DNA of 24,990 nt, from IMG/VR virus record IMGVR_UViG_3300046707_000073, positions 1 through 24,990 of that record. One strand, 5' to 3'. This DNA is from a virus. Taxonomy: Duplodnaviria; Caudoviricetes. The notes under the pieces are model-generated. The model was not told where the DNA came from. It saw nothing but the letters and a program-made list of their open reading frames with translations, and ran no database searches. Below are positions 15,646-24,431 of this stretch, in pieces (within the stretch, counting starts at the first letter, position 1; each line of letters begins with the position of its first letter). The position numbers and the translations under genes are program-made.

Positions 15646-17728
15646 CGAAGTAACGATCATCGTCAATGCCAGAAACGACACCCGGCCCATCTTCGATCAG
15701 GTGAAGGCGGATGCGAAGGCGGCCGGCACGCAGGCGGGCACCGAACTGTCGGCGGGCATGGAGCAGGGGGTCCAGAAGGGCAGCGCCGGGGTTGAGAAGG
15801 CCGGGGAGGACGCCGGCCACGAGGGTGCCAAGGGTGCCGGGAAGGGCATCACCGACGCCGGCGCCGAAGTGGAGAAGGCGTTCGACAAGGTAGGCCGCAA
15901 GGCCGGCCAGACCGGCGGCCGGCACGCCGGGGACGAGTTTGTGGCCGCGCTGCCGTTCGGCATAGGCAAGGCCGCCATCGCCGTCGGGCAGGCGTTGACA
16001 AACCTGTTCGCCAAACTCGGCCCGAAGGTGGCCGAGGACGCCCTGGCGGTCGGGGAGAAGGCGGGCAAGGCCGTCGGGGACGGGCTGGCCGCGGCGGGGG
16101 ACAGCGCCGCGCAGGACGCGGCATCACTGTTCACCCCGGAGGGTGCCATCGGCGCGGCGATTGTGGCCGCGATCGTGCTCACCCTGGCCCCGGTGATCGG
16201 CGCAGTGCTGGGCGCGGCCGTGTTCGGGGCACTGGGTGCGGTGTTCCTGGGCATCGGCGCCTACGTGCAACGCCAAAACCCGGTCGTCGTGGATGCGTTC
16301 ACCTCGCTCAAGAACGACATCGTGTCGACGATGAAGGACGCCACCGCACCTTTGGTGACGCCCTTCGCCGACGCCATGAAGATCATCGACAAGATGGTTA
16401 CCCAGGAGGGTCCGCAGATCCGGCAGGTGTTCGCCGCGATGGCCCCGGCGGTGGTGCCGCTGGCGCAGGCATGGTCGGATGTGGCCCGGTCCCTGACCCC
16501 GGCCCTGGTGGATGTGGCGCGCACCTTCGGTCGGGTGTTCTCCGACCCGCAGATGCTCGACAGCATCCGCTCGTTCGGCACCTACCTCGGCCAGTTCTTC
16601 GAAACGTTAGCCAACAACGGGCCGCTGATCACCGACACGTTCCGTGCCGTGCTGGCCGCCGCCGATGAAGTTTTGGTGGTTTTGAACGGGCTGATCGACG
16701 CCGCGGCCGGTATCGACCACGCGTGGACGGCGGCGGGTAACACCGTCGACGGGGCGATACAGGGCTGGGCGCGGGCGTTCGGCGCCGGGTCGACGGCGAC
16801 GCAGAAGATGGTCACCGGCATGCAGTTCTTTGTCGGCACGGCCGCCGCGGTGTCGACGGCGTTGACCGACTCGCAGCTCAAGGCCCTGGCCGCGAGCGTG
16901 GACTACGCGAAGTTGGCGCAGCAGTTGTCGGCGACGGCGCAGACCGCCGACACCCTGGCCGGCGCGCTGACCGACAAAGTTCTCAACAGCCTCATGTCCA
17001 ACGACCTGGCCGCCCTGCACTTCAGGGAGTCGCTGCACCGGGTGTCGGATGCGTTCAAGCAGAACGGCCGGGACATCTCCATCTACACGGTCAAGGGCGA
17101 GGCCAACCGGGAGTCGGTGCTCGCCTCGGTGCAGGCCAACATCGACCAGTACAACGCGATGATCGCGTCGGGTGACTCGGCGGTGGCCGCGGCGGGCAAG
17201 TACGACACCAACACCGCCGCCCTTGAGGCCCAGTTGCGCAAGGCGCACCTGACCAAGGATCAGATTGCGGCGCTGATCGGCCAGTACGAGAAGGTACCCA
17301 GCAAGGTCAACACCATCATTGCGATGCAGGGGCTGACCGACGCGATCAACCACCTCAACGAGACCATACGGCTGGTCAACCACCTCGACGGCCTGACCGC
17401 CACGTCGTATGTGAACGTGGTGACCCGTAACCTGCCCGGCGGCATCGGCCACATTCAGGCCCGCGCCACCGGTGGCCCGGTGTCGGGTGACACGTGGATG
17501 AACGAGCACGGCGGGGAGCTGGTGCGGCTACCCAGCGGGTCGATGGTGTACCCGGCGGGCACCGCCCCCGCCGGCACGGCCGCGGCATCGCCCGGGCACG
17601 GCGCCCCGATACGGGTGACGCTCGACTTCTCCGGCGCCGACACCAACGGCCTCGGCCAGTTGGTCATGCGCATGGTCCGGGACCGCCAGATCCAACTGCG
17701 GGTCAACGGGCAGGCGGTGACGGTCTGA
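15638..17728 (+). CDS. Tape measure protein (696 aa)
   Basis: GGAGGAGG SD; MANEVTIIVNARND start; Ala/Gly-rich helical with hydrophobic stretch; C-terminal RATGGPV...NEHGGELV. Confidence 0.9.
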   Translation: MANEVTIIVNARNDTRPIFDQVKADAKAAGTQAGTELSAGMEQGVQKGSAGVEKAGEDAGHEGAKGAGKGITDAGAEVEKAFDKVGRKAGQTGGRHAGDEFVAALPFGIGKAAIAVGQALTNLFAKLGPKVAEDALAVGEKAGKAVGDGLAAAGDSAAQDAASLFTPEGAIGAAIVAAIVLTLAPVIGAVLGAAVFGALGAVFLGIGAYVQRQNPVVVDAFTSLKNDIVSTMKDATAPLVTPFADAMKIIDKMVTQEGPQIRQVFAAMAPAVVPLAQAWSDVARSLTPALVDVARTFGRVFSDPQMLDSIRSFGTYLGQFFETLANNGPLITDTFRAVLAAADEVLVVLNGLIDAAAGIDHAWTAAGNTVDGAIQGWARAFGAGSTATQKMVTGMQFFVGTAAAVSTALTDSQLKALAASVDYAKLAQQLSATAQTADTLAGALTDKVLNSLMSNDLAALHFRESLHRVSDAFKQNGRDISIYTVKGEANRESVLASVQANIDQYNAMIASGDSAVAAAGKYDTNTAALEAQLRKAHLTKDQIAALIGQYEKVPSKVNTIIAMQGLTDAINHLNETIRLVNHLDGLTATSYVNVVTRNLPGGIGHIQARATGGPVSGDTWMNEHGGELVRLPSGSMVYPAGTAPAGTAAASPGHGAPIRVTLDFSGADTNGLGQLVMRMVRDRQIQLRVNGQAVTV

Positions 17729-18441
17729 TGGTGGCGCTCAACTACACTTTCGAAGGCGGCACCAACGGCAACCCCATCGCGGTGCCCACCGGCGGCAACG
17801 GGTCGGACTGGGACTCGGTCACCATCGGCGCGTCGGCCACCCTCAACTGGGACAACACCCACCCCGGGCACGGCACCCTGGCGGCAAAGATCGCCACCGG
17901 CGCATCGGCGGTGTCGTCGTCGGCGCAGTGGACCACCGCGCTGGGCACCCCGTCGCAGATCTTCGGCCGCTGCTGCCTGTACTTCACCGCCAACCCCACC
18001 GTCAACGCCCCGTTCGGCCGCGGACTGGCCTCCGGGGCGCAAAAGTACCGGCTGGTCGTCACCACCGGCGGCAAGGTGCAGTTGCTCAACGCCGCCAACA
18101 CGCAGGCCGCCATCACCACCAATTCGATCCCGCTCAACCAGGAGTTTCGTGTCGAGTGGCAGGCTGTCGGGTCCGCGACCGGCGCGTTTCAGCTGCTGCT
18201 GTTCTCCAACAAGGACGACACGTCGGCGCTGGAAACCTTGTCCGGCACCGACAACTTCACCGCCGGCAACTACGACGAGGTGCGGTTCGGGGTGGGTACG
18301 GGTGTGGCCAACGTGGTTGCCTACTGGCTCGACGACGCCGCCGTCAACGACACCGGGCTGGTCGGGCCGGTGGCCGGGCCGGCGGTGGCAACCCGGCCGT
18401 TCGTGCGCATGCAGGCCGGCAACCGTGCCGCCAACTACTAG
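17728..18441 (+). CDS. Tail-associated beta-sandwich (ConA/lectin-like) protein
   Basis: TGATG overlap; FEGGT start, IPLNQEFRVEW, YWLDDAAV. Confidence 0.6.
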   Translation: MVALNYTFEGGTNGNPIAVPTGGNGSDWDSVTIGASATLNWDNTHPGHGTLAAKIATGASAVSSSAQWTTALGTPSQIFGRCCLYFTANPTVNAPFGRGLASGAQKYRLVVTTGGKVQLLNAANTQAAITTNSIPLNQEFRVEWQAVGSATGAFQLLLFSNKDDTSALETLSGTDNFTAGNYDEVRFGVGTGVANVVAYWLDDAAVNDTGLVGPVAGPAVATRPFVRMQAGNRAANY

Positions 18442-18450
18442 GAGAGGTCG

Positions 18451-18726
18451 ATGAACGAGGACCAGGAGAACGGCTGGGGGCCCCCGCCTCCGGCGCCGCG
18501 TGCCCCGGCGGCGGTGCACTGGCACTGCCCCGTGTGCACCTGGCGGTCGCTGGTGGCCGACTGGGCGGCCGGCGACGGCGACACCCGGGCGTGTCCACAC
18601 TGCGGCCACGTCTTCGATCCCACGCAGTCGGGGCGCATCAGTGAAGCCGACGAGCCCGGCCACGTGGTGCGCGACGACGACAAGAACCTGTGCGCGCTGG
18701 ACAGTTGCAAGGGCGGTGCCCGCTGA
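18451..18726 (+). CDS. Small zinc-finger protein
   Basis: GGAGAGG SD; CPVC...CPHC plus C-terminal CxxxxC. Confidence 0.6.
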   Translation: MNEDQENGWGPPPPAPRAPAAVHWHCPVCTWRSLVADWAAGDGDTRACPHCGHVFDPTQSGRISEADEPGHVVRDDDKNLCALDSCKGGAR

Positions 18727-19262
18727 TGGCAGCCAAGACGTTCATCATCTACAACGCGGCGATGGCCACCACCGCCGCACCGGTCAAGCAGCCCACCGGC
18801 ACCGCGATCCGCACCATGATGCAGCTGGCGCCGGCGACCGGATGGGTGGGGCGGCCGGTCGCGTGGGGTGTGTCGATGGACTCCACCACCGCCAACACCC
18901 CCGGCATCGTCGAGCTGATCGAGACCGGCACCGTGTTCGCCACCGCCCTGTCGACCGCCTACGCCGCCGCCGACATCCAGGTGTACGGGGACGCGAACAC
19001 CGCCGCGAACACCGCCGGGTCGTCGGGTGTGCCGTTCAACCTCGGCACCGGCCTGTCCGGGTTCTCCACCGGCGCGGTCACCGAAGGCAGCACTACCACG
19101 ACGCGCATGTGCGACCTGCAGGAGCTGCCCCCAACGGCACCCTACCTGCAGCAGTGGCCACTCGGGCGGGAGTTTGAGATCAAGCCGGGTAACGCGCTGC
19201 GGGTCCGGGCCACGTTCGGCACCACGGTCAACATGACCTGTTGGGTGATCGTCGAGTTCTGA
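18726..19262 (+). CDS. Putative minor tail structural protein (178 aa)
   Basis: TGATG overlap; beta-rich; tail-tip module. Confidence 0.6.
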   Translation: MAAKTFIIYNAAMATTAAPVKQPTGTAIRTMMQLAPATGWVGRPVAWGVSMDSTTANTPGIVELIETGTVFATALSTAYAAADIQVYGDANTAANTAGSSGVPFNLGTGLSGFSTGAVTEGSTTTTRMCDLQELPPTAPYLQQWPLGREFEIKPGNALRVRATFGTTVNMTCWVIVEF

Positions 19263-19291
19263 ACAGTCATTCAGGATTCGGAGGCTAAGCA

Positions 19292-21529
19292 GTGGCGCGT
19301 ATCGGGCGGTCACGGCCGGCGAGGGCATACAAGTTCCTGCCCCCGCCGGTACGCGGCGCCGTGGCGCCGCTGCCCGGTGTGGCGTTCCTGGACCAGTACA
19401 CCGCCGGCTACCACCTGGCCGTGTGGCTGGCGCCCGGCGCCGACGTCACCACCGCCCCCGCCGGCTGGGCGTTGACCGATGTGACAGCCGACCTGCTACA
19501 GCCCGGCGACGGGTCCGAAACCGCTATCGCCATCACCCGCGGGCGTCTGGACGAGTTCTCCACAGCCGCCCCCGCCACCTGCGTTTTTACTCTCATCAAC
19601 ACGTCGGGCAACTACACACCGCGCCGCCGGCAGGGCGCCTACTGGCCGTACATGAAGGTCGGGCTGCCGGTGAAGGCGGCCATCGTCACCGCGTCGGCCA
19701 CCTACGAACGCTTCTCTGGCTTCATCGACGACCTCGACCCGGACTGGGATGAGACCGGCAACTACGCGGTTGTGCACGTCACCGCCCACGGCATCATGCA
19801 ACGCCTGTCGCAGGGCCAGGACCTGCTCACCTCGGCGCAGACCCGGGCGGTCGGGCAGACTTCGCCGATCGCCTGGTGGCCGATGGAGGACGGGCCGGCG
19901 GCGGTCAAGGCCGCCTCCGGGCTGCCGTCCGGTTTGCCGCTGATCCCCGTGTCGGGCGGCAGTGTCAACTATGCCAACGCCACCGCACGGGCCGCGTTCG
20001 CCGCCGGAGGCTCGGCCGACGGGTCCGCGCCGCTGGTCGACCTGTCCGCCGGCGGCACCCTGACCGCCCTAGTGCCCTACTCGTCGGCAACATCGTGGCG
20101 GGTCGAGTTCGACGGACGCTGGGATGCGTTCACCGGCGGCACCTACACTGCCGCGCTGCAGTTCAACACCCTGTCCGACGCCGGCCTGTTCGAGGTCGAC
20201 GCCACCAGCCTGGGGCTGGGCGGCCTGTACATCCAGTACTACGGGGGCGGGTTTGCCCTGTTCACCTCCAATGTGGCTGTCGATGACGGGCTGTGGCACC
20301 ACATCCGGGTAGACGGCGCCCAGTCCGGCGGCAACATTGCGCTGACGGTGACATTGGACGGGGTGGCTGTCATCACGCAGACGCTGGCCGGGTTGGCGTT
20401 CGGCCGCGTCACCAATGTGGTCGTAAACCCGCTGGGCTTCTACTCCACTGTCAGCCAGACCGCGTTTGGGCAGATGGCGGTGTGGGCGCCGTGGTCGTCC
20501 AGCGTCGACACCTACGACGCGTTCCTGGGGCACGCGGGCGAGGACCCGGTGGCCCGCCAGACCCGGCTGTGCGCGGACAACGACGTCGCCTACGTGGCCG
20601 ACGGCACATCCGATGCGGCGATGGGCCCGCAGGGTGTCGACACCCTGCTCAACCTGCTCCAGCAGGCGGCCATCGCCGACGGCGGGGTGCTGGAGGACGG
20701 GGTCGGGTTCGGTGTGGCGATGCGCACCGTCAACGGCCGATACAACACCCCGGTTGCGTTCACCCCGACGATTGGGCAGATCGATCCGCCGTGGCGGCCG
20801 GTGGAAAACAACCTACGCACCCGCAACAAGGTCACCGCCACCCGCACCAGCGGGTCGTCGGTCACCTACACCCAGCCCACCGGCCTGCCCTACGCCCCGG
20901 GCGGCGCCGGCGGCGTCGGCACCTACACCGACAACGTCACCGTCAACGCCGACTCCGACGACACCCTCATCTACCAGGCGTCGTTCCGGGTTGGGCTGGG
21001 CACCGTCGACGCCGACCGGTACCCGGCGATGGGTCTCAACCTGGCTGCCCGCACCGCACTGCTGCCCACCTGGTTGCCGATGGCCACCTCCGACCGGATG
21101 ACCGTCGGCGCCGGCTACTCGACTGCCGCGTCCGACCCGCCCGACCTGATCCTGGAGGGCTGGTCGGAGCGGCTGTCGAGGCTGCTGTACAAGGTGGCGG
21201 CCAACACCGCCCCGGCCCGGCCGTGGATTGTGGGGGTGCTCGACACCGACCGGCTCGACACCGCCGGGCTGACCCTGCACGCGTTGTGGGACGGGGCCGC
21301 CGCCACATTCACTGTCGACAACTCCGACGGGGTGCTGTGCTCCACCGCCGCCGGCGACTATCCACAGGACCTGAATGTGGACGGTCAGCGGGTCACCGTG
21401 TCCGCCTGCGCCGGGTCGTCCAACCCGCAAACCATGACCGTATCGGTCGCGTCCGTCAACGGCGTGTCCGTGTCACATGCGGCCGGTGCCGCGGTGTCGT
21501 CCTGGGCGCCCATCCTTTTGACCATGTGA
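19292..21529 (+). CDS. Large minor tail protein (hub-like with LamG/ConA insertion)
   Basis: GGAGG SD; ITRGRLDE, RFSGFID, WWPMEDG, VDDGLWHHIRV, RNKVTATR motifs. Confidence 0.8.
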   Translation: MARIGRSRPARAYKFLPPPVRGAVAPLPGVAFLDQYTAGYHLAVWLAPGADVTTAPAGWALTDVTADLLQPGDGSETAIAITRGRLDEFSTAAPATCVFTLINTSGNYTPRRRQGAYWPYMKVGLPVKAAIVTASATYERFSGFIDDLDPDWDETGNYAVVHVTAHGIMQRLSQGQDLLTSAQTRAVGQTSPIAWWPMEDGPAAVKAASGLPSGLPLIPVSGGSVNYANATARAAFAAGGSADGSAPLVDLSAGGTLTALVPYSSATSWRVEFDGRWDAFTGGTYTAALQFNTLSDAGLFEVDATSLGLGGLYIQYYGGGFALFTSNVAVDDGLWHHIRVDGAQSGGNIALTVTLDGVAVITQTLAGLAFGRVTNVVVNPLGFYSTVSQTAFGQMAVWAPWSSSVDTYDAFLGHAGEDPVARQTRLCADNDVAYVADGTSDAAMGPQGVDTLLNLLQQAAIADGGVLEDGVGFGVAMRTVNGRYNTPVAFTPTIGQIDPPWRPVENNLRTRNKVTATRTSGSSVTYTQPTGLPYAPGGAGGVGTYTDNVTVNADSDDTLIYQASFRVGLGTVDADRYPAMGLNLAARTALLPTWLPMATSDRMTVGAGYSTAASDPPDLILEGWSERLSRLLYKVAANTAPARPWIVGVLDTDRLDTAGLTLHALWDGAAATFTVDNSDGVLCSTAAGDYPQDLNVDGQRVTVSACAGSSNPQTMTVSVASVNGVSVSHAAGAAVSSWAPILLTM

Positions 21530-21536
21530 GGGCCTG

Positions 21537-22067
21537 ATGTCAATCCGTGCCGCGTTCGTGTCGCTGGCGAAACTGTCGGCGTCGGCGCTCAACAACGCCA
21601 TCAATAACGCCACACCCAACATCACCGCCAAGGCGGGCAACACCAACCGGTCGGCGTCGACAACCCTGTCCGACGACCCGGACCTGACCATGACACTGGG
21701 CGCGTCGGGGGTGTTCCTGGTCGAGTTCCACATCTTCTACGCCGCCACCACGGCCGTGGGGTTTAAGGCGGCGTGGACGTCACCGGCGTCGTCGACGGGC
21801 AACCGGGGTGTGCAGGGTGCGGCGTCGGGTGCCGCCGACGTCAGCGGCGACGGCGACAACGGACGGTTCGGCGCCCACAACTTCTCCTCGTCGATCCAGT
21901 ACGGCACCCGTAACTCGGCCGTCAACGAGCTGTACATGATCGAGCGGGGGTTGGTGCGCACCGTCGGGTCGGGGACGTGCGCCTTCCAGTGGGCTCCGGT
22001 GGTGACCGGCGGGGCGGGGGCGACGGTGTTCATCGACTCGTGGATGTCTGTGGTGCAGGTGTCGTAG
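21537..22067 (+). CDS. Tail fibre/tip small protein
   Basis: LSASALN N-terminus, TTLSDDPDL, beta-rich; last gene of tail module. Confidence 0.65.
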   Translation: MSIRAAFVSLAKLSASALNNAINNATPNITAKAGNTNRSASTTLSDDPDLTMTLGASGVFLVEFHIFYAATTAVGFKAAWTSPASSTGNRGVQGAASGAADVSGDGDNGRFGAHNFSSSIQYGTRNSAVNELYMIERGLVRTVGSGTCAFQWAPVVTGGAGATVFIDSWMSVVQVS

Positions 22068-22087
22068 GGGCAGCGACAAGCCCATGC

Positions 22088-22117
22088 ATGCGGATCTTGG
22101 AATAGGTCGTTTACGCT
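22088..22117 (+). promoter_or_regulatory. Putative late promoter/operator copy C (lysis module)
   Basis: ATGC-ggatcttg-GAAT-aggtcgtt-TACGCT, followed by SD AGGAGGTGA. Confidence 0.6.
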
Positions 22118-22138
22118 ACCGGCAGGAGGTGAGGACAG

Positions 22139-23161
22139 GTGACGATCTTCGGTTGGGACACCAGTCACTACGACGGCCACCTGACCGTCGCCGTCCTCAA
22201 ACGTGCCAAGGCCGAGGGCATCTCGTTCTTCACCCACAAGCTCGGCGAGGCCATCGGCAACGTCGACCCGCTGGCGGCCGAGGCGTTCACGTCTGCCCGG
22301 GCGGTCGGGTTCCCGGTCATCGGCGGCTACTGGTTCATCCACCGCCTCGAGGATCCGGTGCTCGAGGCGAACCGCTGCGTACTGGTCGCCGACCAGGTTG
22401 TGCCGTGGTGGCGGGACTTCGGCGGCTGGTTCTGGCAGACCGACGCCGAATCCGTGCCCGGCGAGGGCCTGCCCACGGCGGGGCAAGTCAAGGCGTTCAG
22501 CGACCACCTCGAGGAGTCCACCGGCAAACGGTGTGTGATGTACGCGTCGGCGGGCATGTACGGCGACCGGCTGGCCGGGCTCGGGCACCCCCTGTGGAAC
22601 GCCCACTACGGCACCAACCCGGTCGGCGGGTTCGAGGCCGTGTATCCGGGCGACTCCTCGCCCGGCTGGGCGCCGTATTCGGGCCAGACCCCGGCGCTGC
22701 TGCAGTACGGCTCCAACACCACCATCGCGGGCCTTACAACCTGTGACGCAGACGCCTACCGGGGCACCGTCGACCAGTTGTTGACGCTCATCAACGGCGG
22801 TACGCCGCCGCCCGACCAGGGAGTAGATATGGCTCTGACCGATGCCGACGTTGACACGATCCTCGGCCGCGACAAGATAACCAACCCGTCGGCGCGGCCC
22901 GACTCGCCGCTGCACAGCCCGGCCGGCGCCAACCAGTACACCGGCTGGGGGTTCGCCGTCGGGGACACGTGGGACAAGGTGTACGACACCTTGGCCGCGG
23001 CCGCCAGCATCCAGGCCGACGTGGACGCCCTGTCCGCCGCGGTGGCGACCCTGACGGCGAAGGTTGATGCACTCGCGGAGGCTGTGCTGACCCCGCCGGC
23101 GGCCGTGTCGGGCGATCTCGAGGTGACCGGCACACTGCACGTCACGCCGGCCGCGAGCTGA
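22139..23161 (+). CDS. Endolysin, GH25 muramidase with C-terminal helical domain
   Basis: GWDTSHY, KLGE, GGYWF, TDAE (DxE), LWNAHY, LLQY, DADAY. Confidence 0.9.
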   Translation: MTIFGWDTSHYDGHLTVAVLKRAKAEGISFFTHKLGEAIGNVDPLAAEAFTSARAVGFPVIGGYWFIHRLEDPVLEANRCVLVADQVVPWWRDFGGWFWQTDAESVPGEGLPTAGQVKAFSDHLEESTGKRCVMYASAGMYGDRLAGLGHPLWNAHYGTNPVGGFEAVYPGDSSPGWAPYSGQTPALLQYGSNTTIAGLTTCDADAYRGTVDQLLTLINGGTPPPDQGVDMALTDADVDTILGRDKITNPSARPDSPLHSPAGANQYTGWGFAVGDTWDKVYDTLAAAASIQADVDALSAAVATLTAKVDALAEAVLTPPAAVSGDLEVTGTLHVTPAAS

Positions 23162-23173
23162 CCGGCGGCCGGG

Positions 23174-23437
23174 ATGCTCGACGTGATCGCCCAGTGGGGG
23201 CCTTTCGGCGGGGTGTGCGGCCTGTGTGTGCTCGCATTCTTCCAACGGTGGGTCGTCGCCTGGGGCACCGTGAAGGTCCTCCTGGCCGGCAAAGACGAGC
23301 TGATCGCCATGTACCGCGACCAGGCCGAGGCCAACGCCCTGGCCCGCGACGTGGCCGCCGCGGCGCTGGCGAAATCCAATGCGGAACTACCGGCGGCGCT
23401 GCATGCGCTGGCCGCCAGCAAACGGGACGCGGCATGA
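23174..23437 (+). CDS. Lysis-cassette membrane protein (holin-like, N-terminal TM plus helix)
   Basis: Hydrophobic N-terminus; directly after endolysin. Confidence 0.6.
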   Translation: MLDVIAQWGPFGGVCGLCVLAFFQRWVVAWGTVKVLLAGKDELIAMYRDQAEANALARDVAAAALAKSNAELPAALHALAASKRDAA

Positions 23438-23652
23438 GGTGGTGGCAGCAGGTGCGGGAGCGGCGGGCTGTGATAGCGCAGGCGAGGACAGGCAACGGCG
23501 AACACCACGAGGCCGCCGCCGGCCTCGCCGCGGCCAACCGGCGGCTACGCGAGACGATGCGCGCCTCCGACACCACCGACCGCCTGGCTGTGCAGGTGCA
23601 GCGGGCGCTGCGGGTCAGGCCGGGGGGTGGCCATGGTCCCGCGCGCGGTTGA
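23434..23652 (+). CDS. Basic helical 72-aa lysis-cassette protein
   Basis: ATGA overlap; MRWWQQVRERR... Confidence 0.55.
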   Translation: MRWWQQVRERRAVIAQARTGNGEHHEAAAGLAAANRRLRETMRASDTTDRLAVQVQRALRVRPGGGHGPARG

Positions 23653-23959
23653 CCTCGCCCTCATCTACGCCATGGTGCTGGTGCCGTGGATTTTCGCCGC
23701 CGCCTACCACTGGCGGACGCGGGGCGCGTGGCGGCGCAGCACCGTCGGCTGGCATCTGATGGCCATCGCGGTCGTCGACTCCGGCCCGTTCCTGCACGTC
23801 GCGCTCGCCGTCTGGTGGCCGGTGCTGGCCAGCTATGAGATGTATCAGTGGTCCTACCGGTTGTCGATCGCGGCAATGGTGCTGGTCACCGCGTGGCGGG
23901 TGTTCATGGTGTTCGCCCGCCCGCCCGAGGAGCAGGTTCCGATGGCACGGAAGGAGTAG
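23633..23959 (+). CDS. Putative holin (3 TM)
   Basis: Three hydrophobic segments, WRRSTVGWHLM motif, charged C-terminus; alternative GTG at 23627. Confidence 0.65.
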   Translation: MVPRAVDLALIYAMVLVPWIFAAAYHWRTRGAWRRSTVGWHLMAIAVVDSGPFLHVALAVWWPVLASYEMYQWSYRLSIAAMVLVTAWRVFMVFARPPEEQVPMARKE

Positions 23960-23961
23960 GC

Positions 23962-24174
23962 ATGTCGAAGGTTGCCCATCCGCTGCTGCTGTGGCAGTCG
24001 GTGATGGCTGCCGCGCAGGTGGCCGCGTCGGCGGCCGGGCTGGCTGACATTATCGGGACCCGCCCGGCGTCGGTGCTGGTGCTGGTGGTCGGCGCCGCAC
24101 AGGTGGCCACCGCGTTCTATGCGCACGGCAACGCGACCGCGCCGGCGCCCACACCCACCGGAGCCACACCGTGA
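23962..24174 (+). CDS. Small two-TM holin-like protein
   Basis: AAGGAG SD; MSKVAHPLLLWQSVMAAAQV... Confidence 0.6.
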   Translation: MSKVAHPLLLWQSVMAAAQVAASAAGLADIIGTRPASVLVLVVGAAQVATAFYAHGNATAPAPTPTGATP

Positions 24175-24431
24175 CCCAGCCCGCCCAATCCAACATCGGC
24201 TACACGGCCGGCGACTACTGCTGTTCGCGCGAGCGCATCATGGCTGGCCTGTGCACCTGCGCCCGCCAGCGTATGGATGTGCCGATCGCCGGGTCCCTGG
24301 TGCATGCCTACGGCGCCGACACATGTGCCGTGTCGGGCTGGCGGGTAGCCGAGTGCCGCTGTTACGTGCACCGCCCCGACCTATACCTGCGCAACGATAC
24401 GGCCATTCGTGGCTGGCGGTGGGCACCGTGA
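24171..24431 (+). CDS. Cys-rich hypothetical protein
   Basis: GTGA overlaps at both ends; GGAG SD; seven Cys including two CxC motifs. Confidence 0.5.
   Translation: MTQPAQSNIGYTAGDYCCSRERIMAGLCTCARQRMDVPIAGSLVHAYGADTCAVSGWRVAECRCYVHRPDLYLRNDTAIRGWRWAP

Noticed and set aside
20293-21537. 414-aa alternative-frame plus-strand ORF in the tail gene
   Set aside because: Arg/Pro-rich frame shadow typical of GC-rich DNA; no RBS or motif
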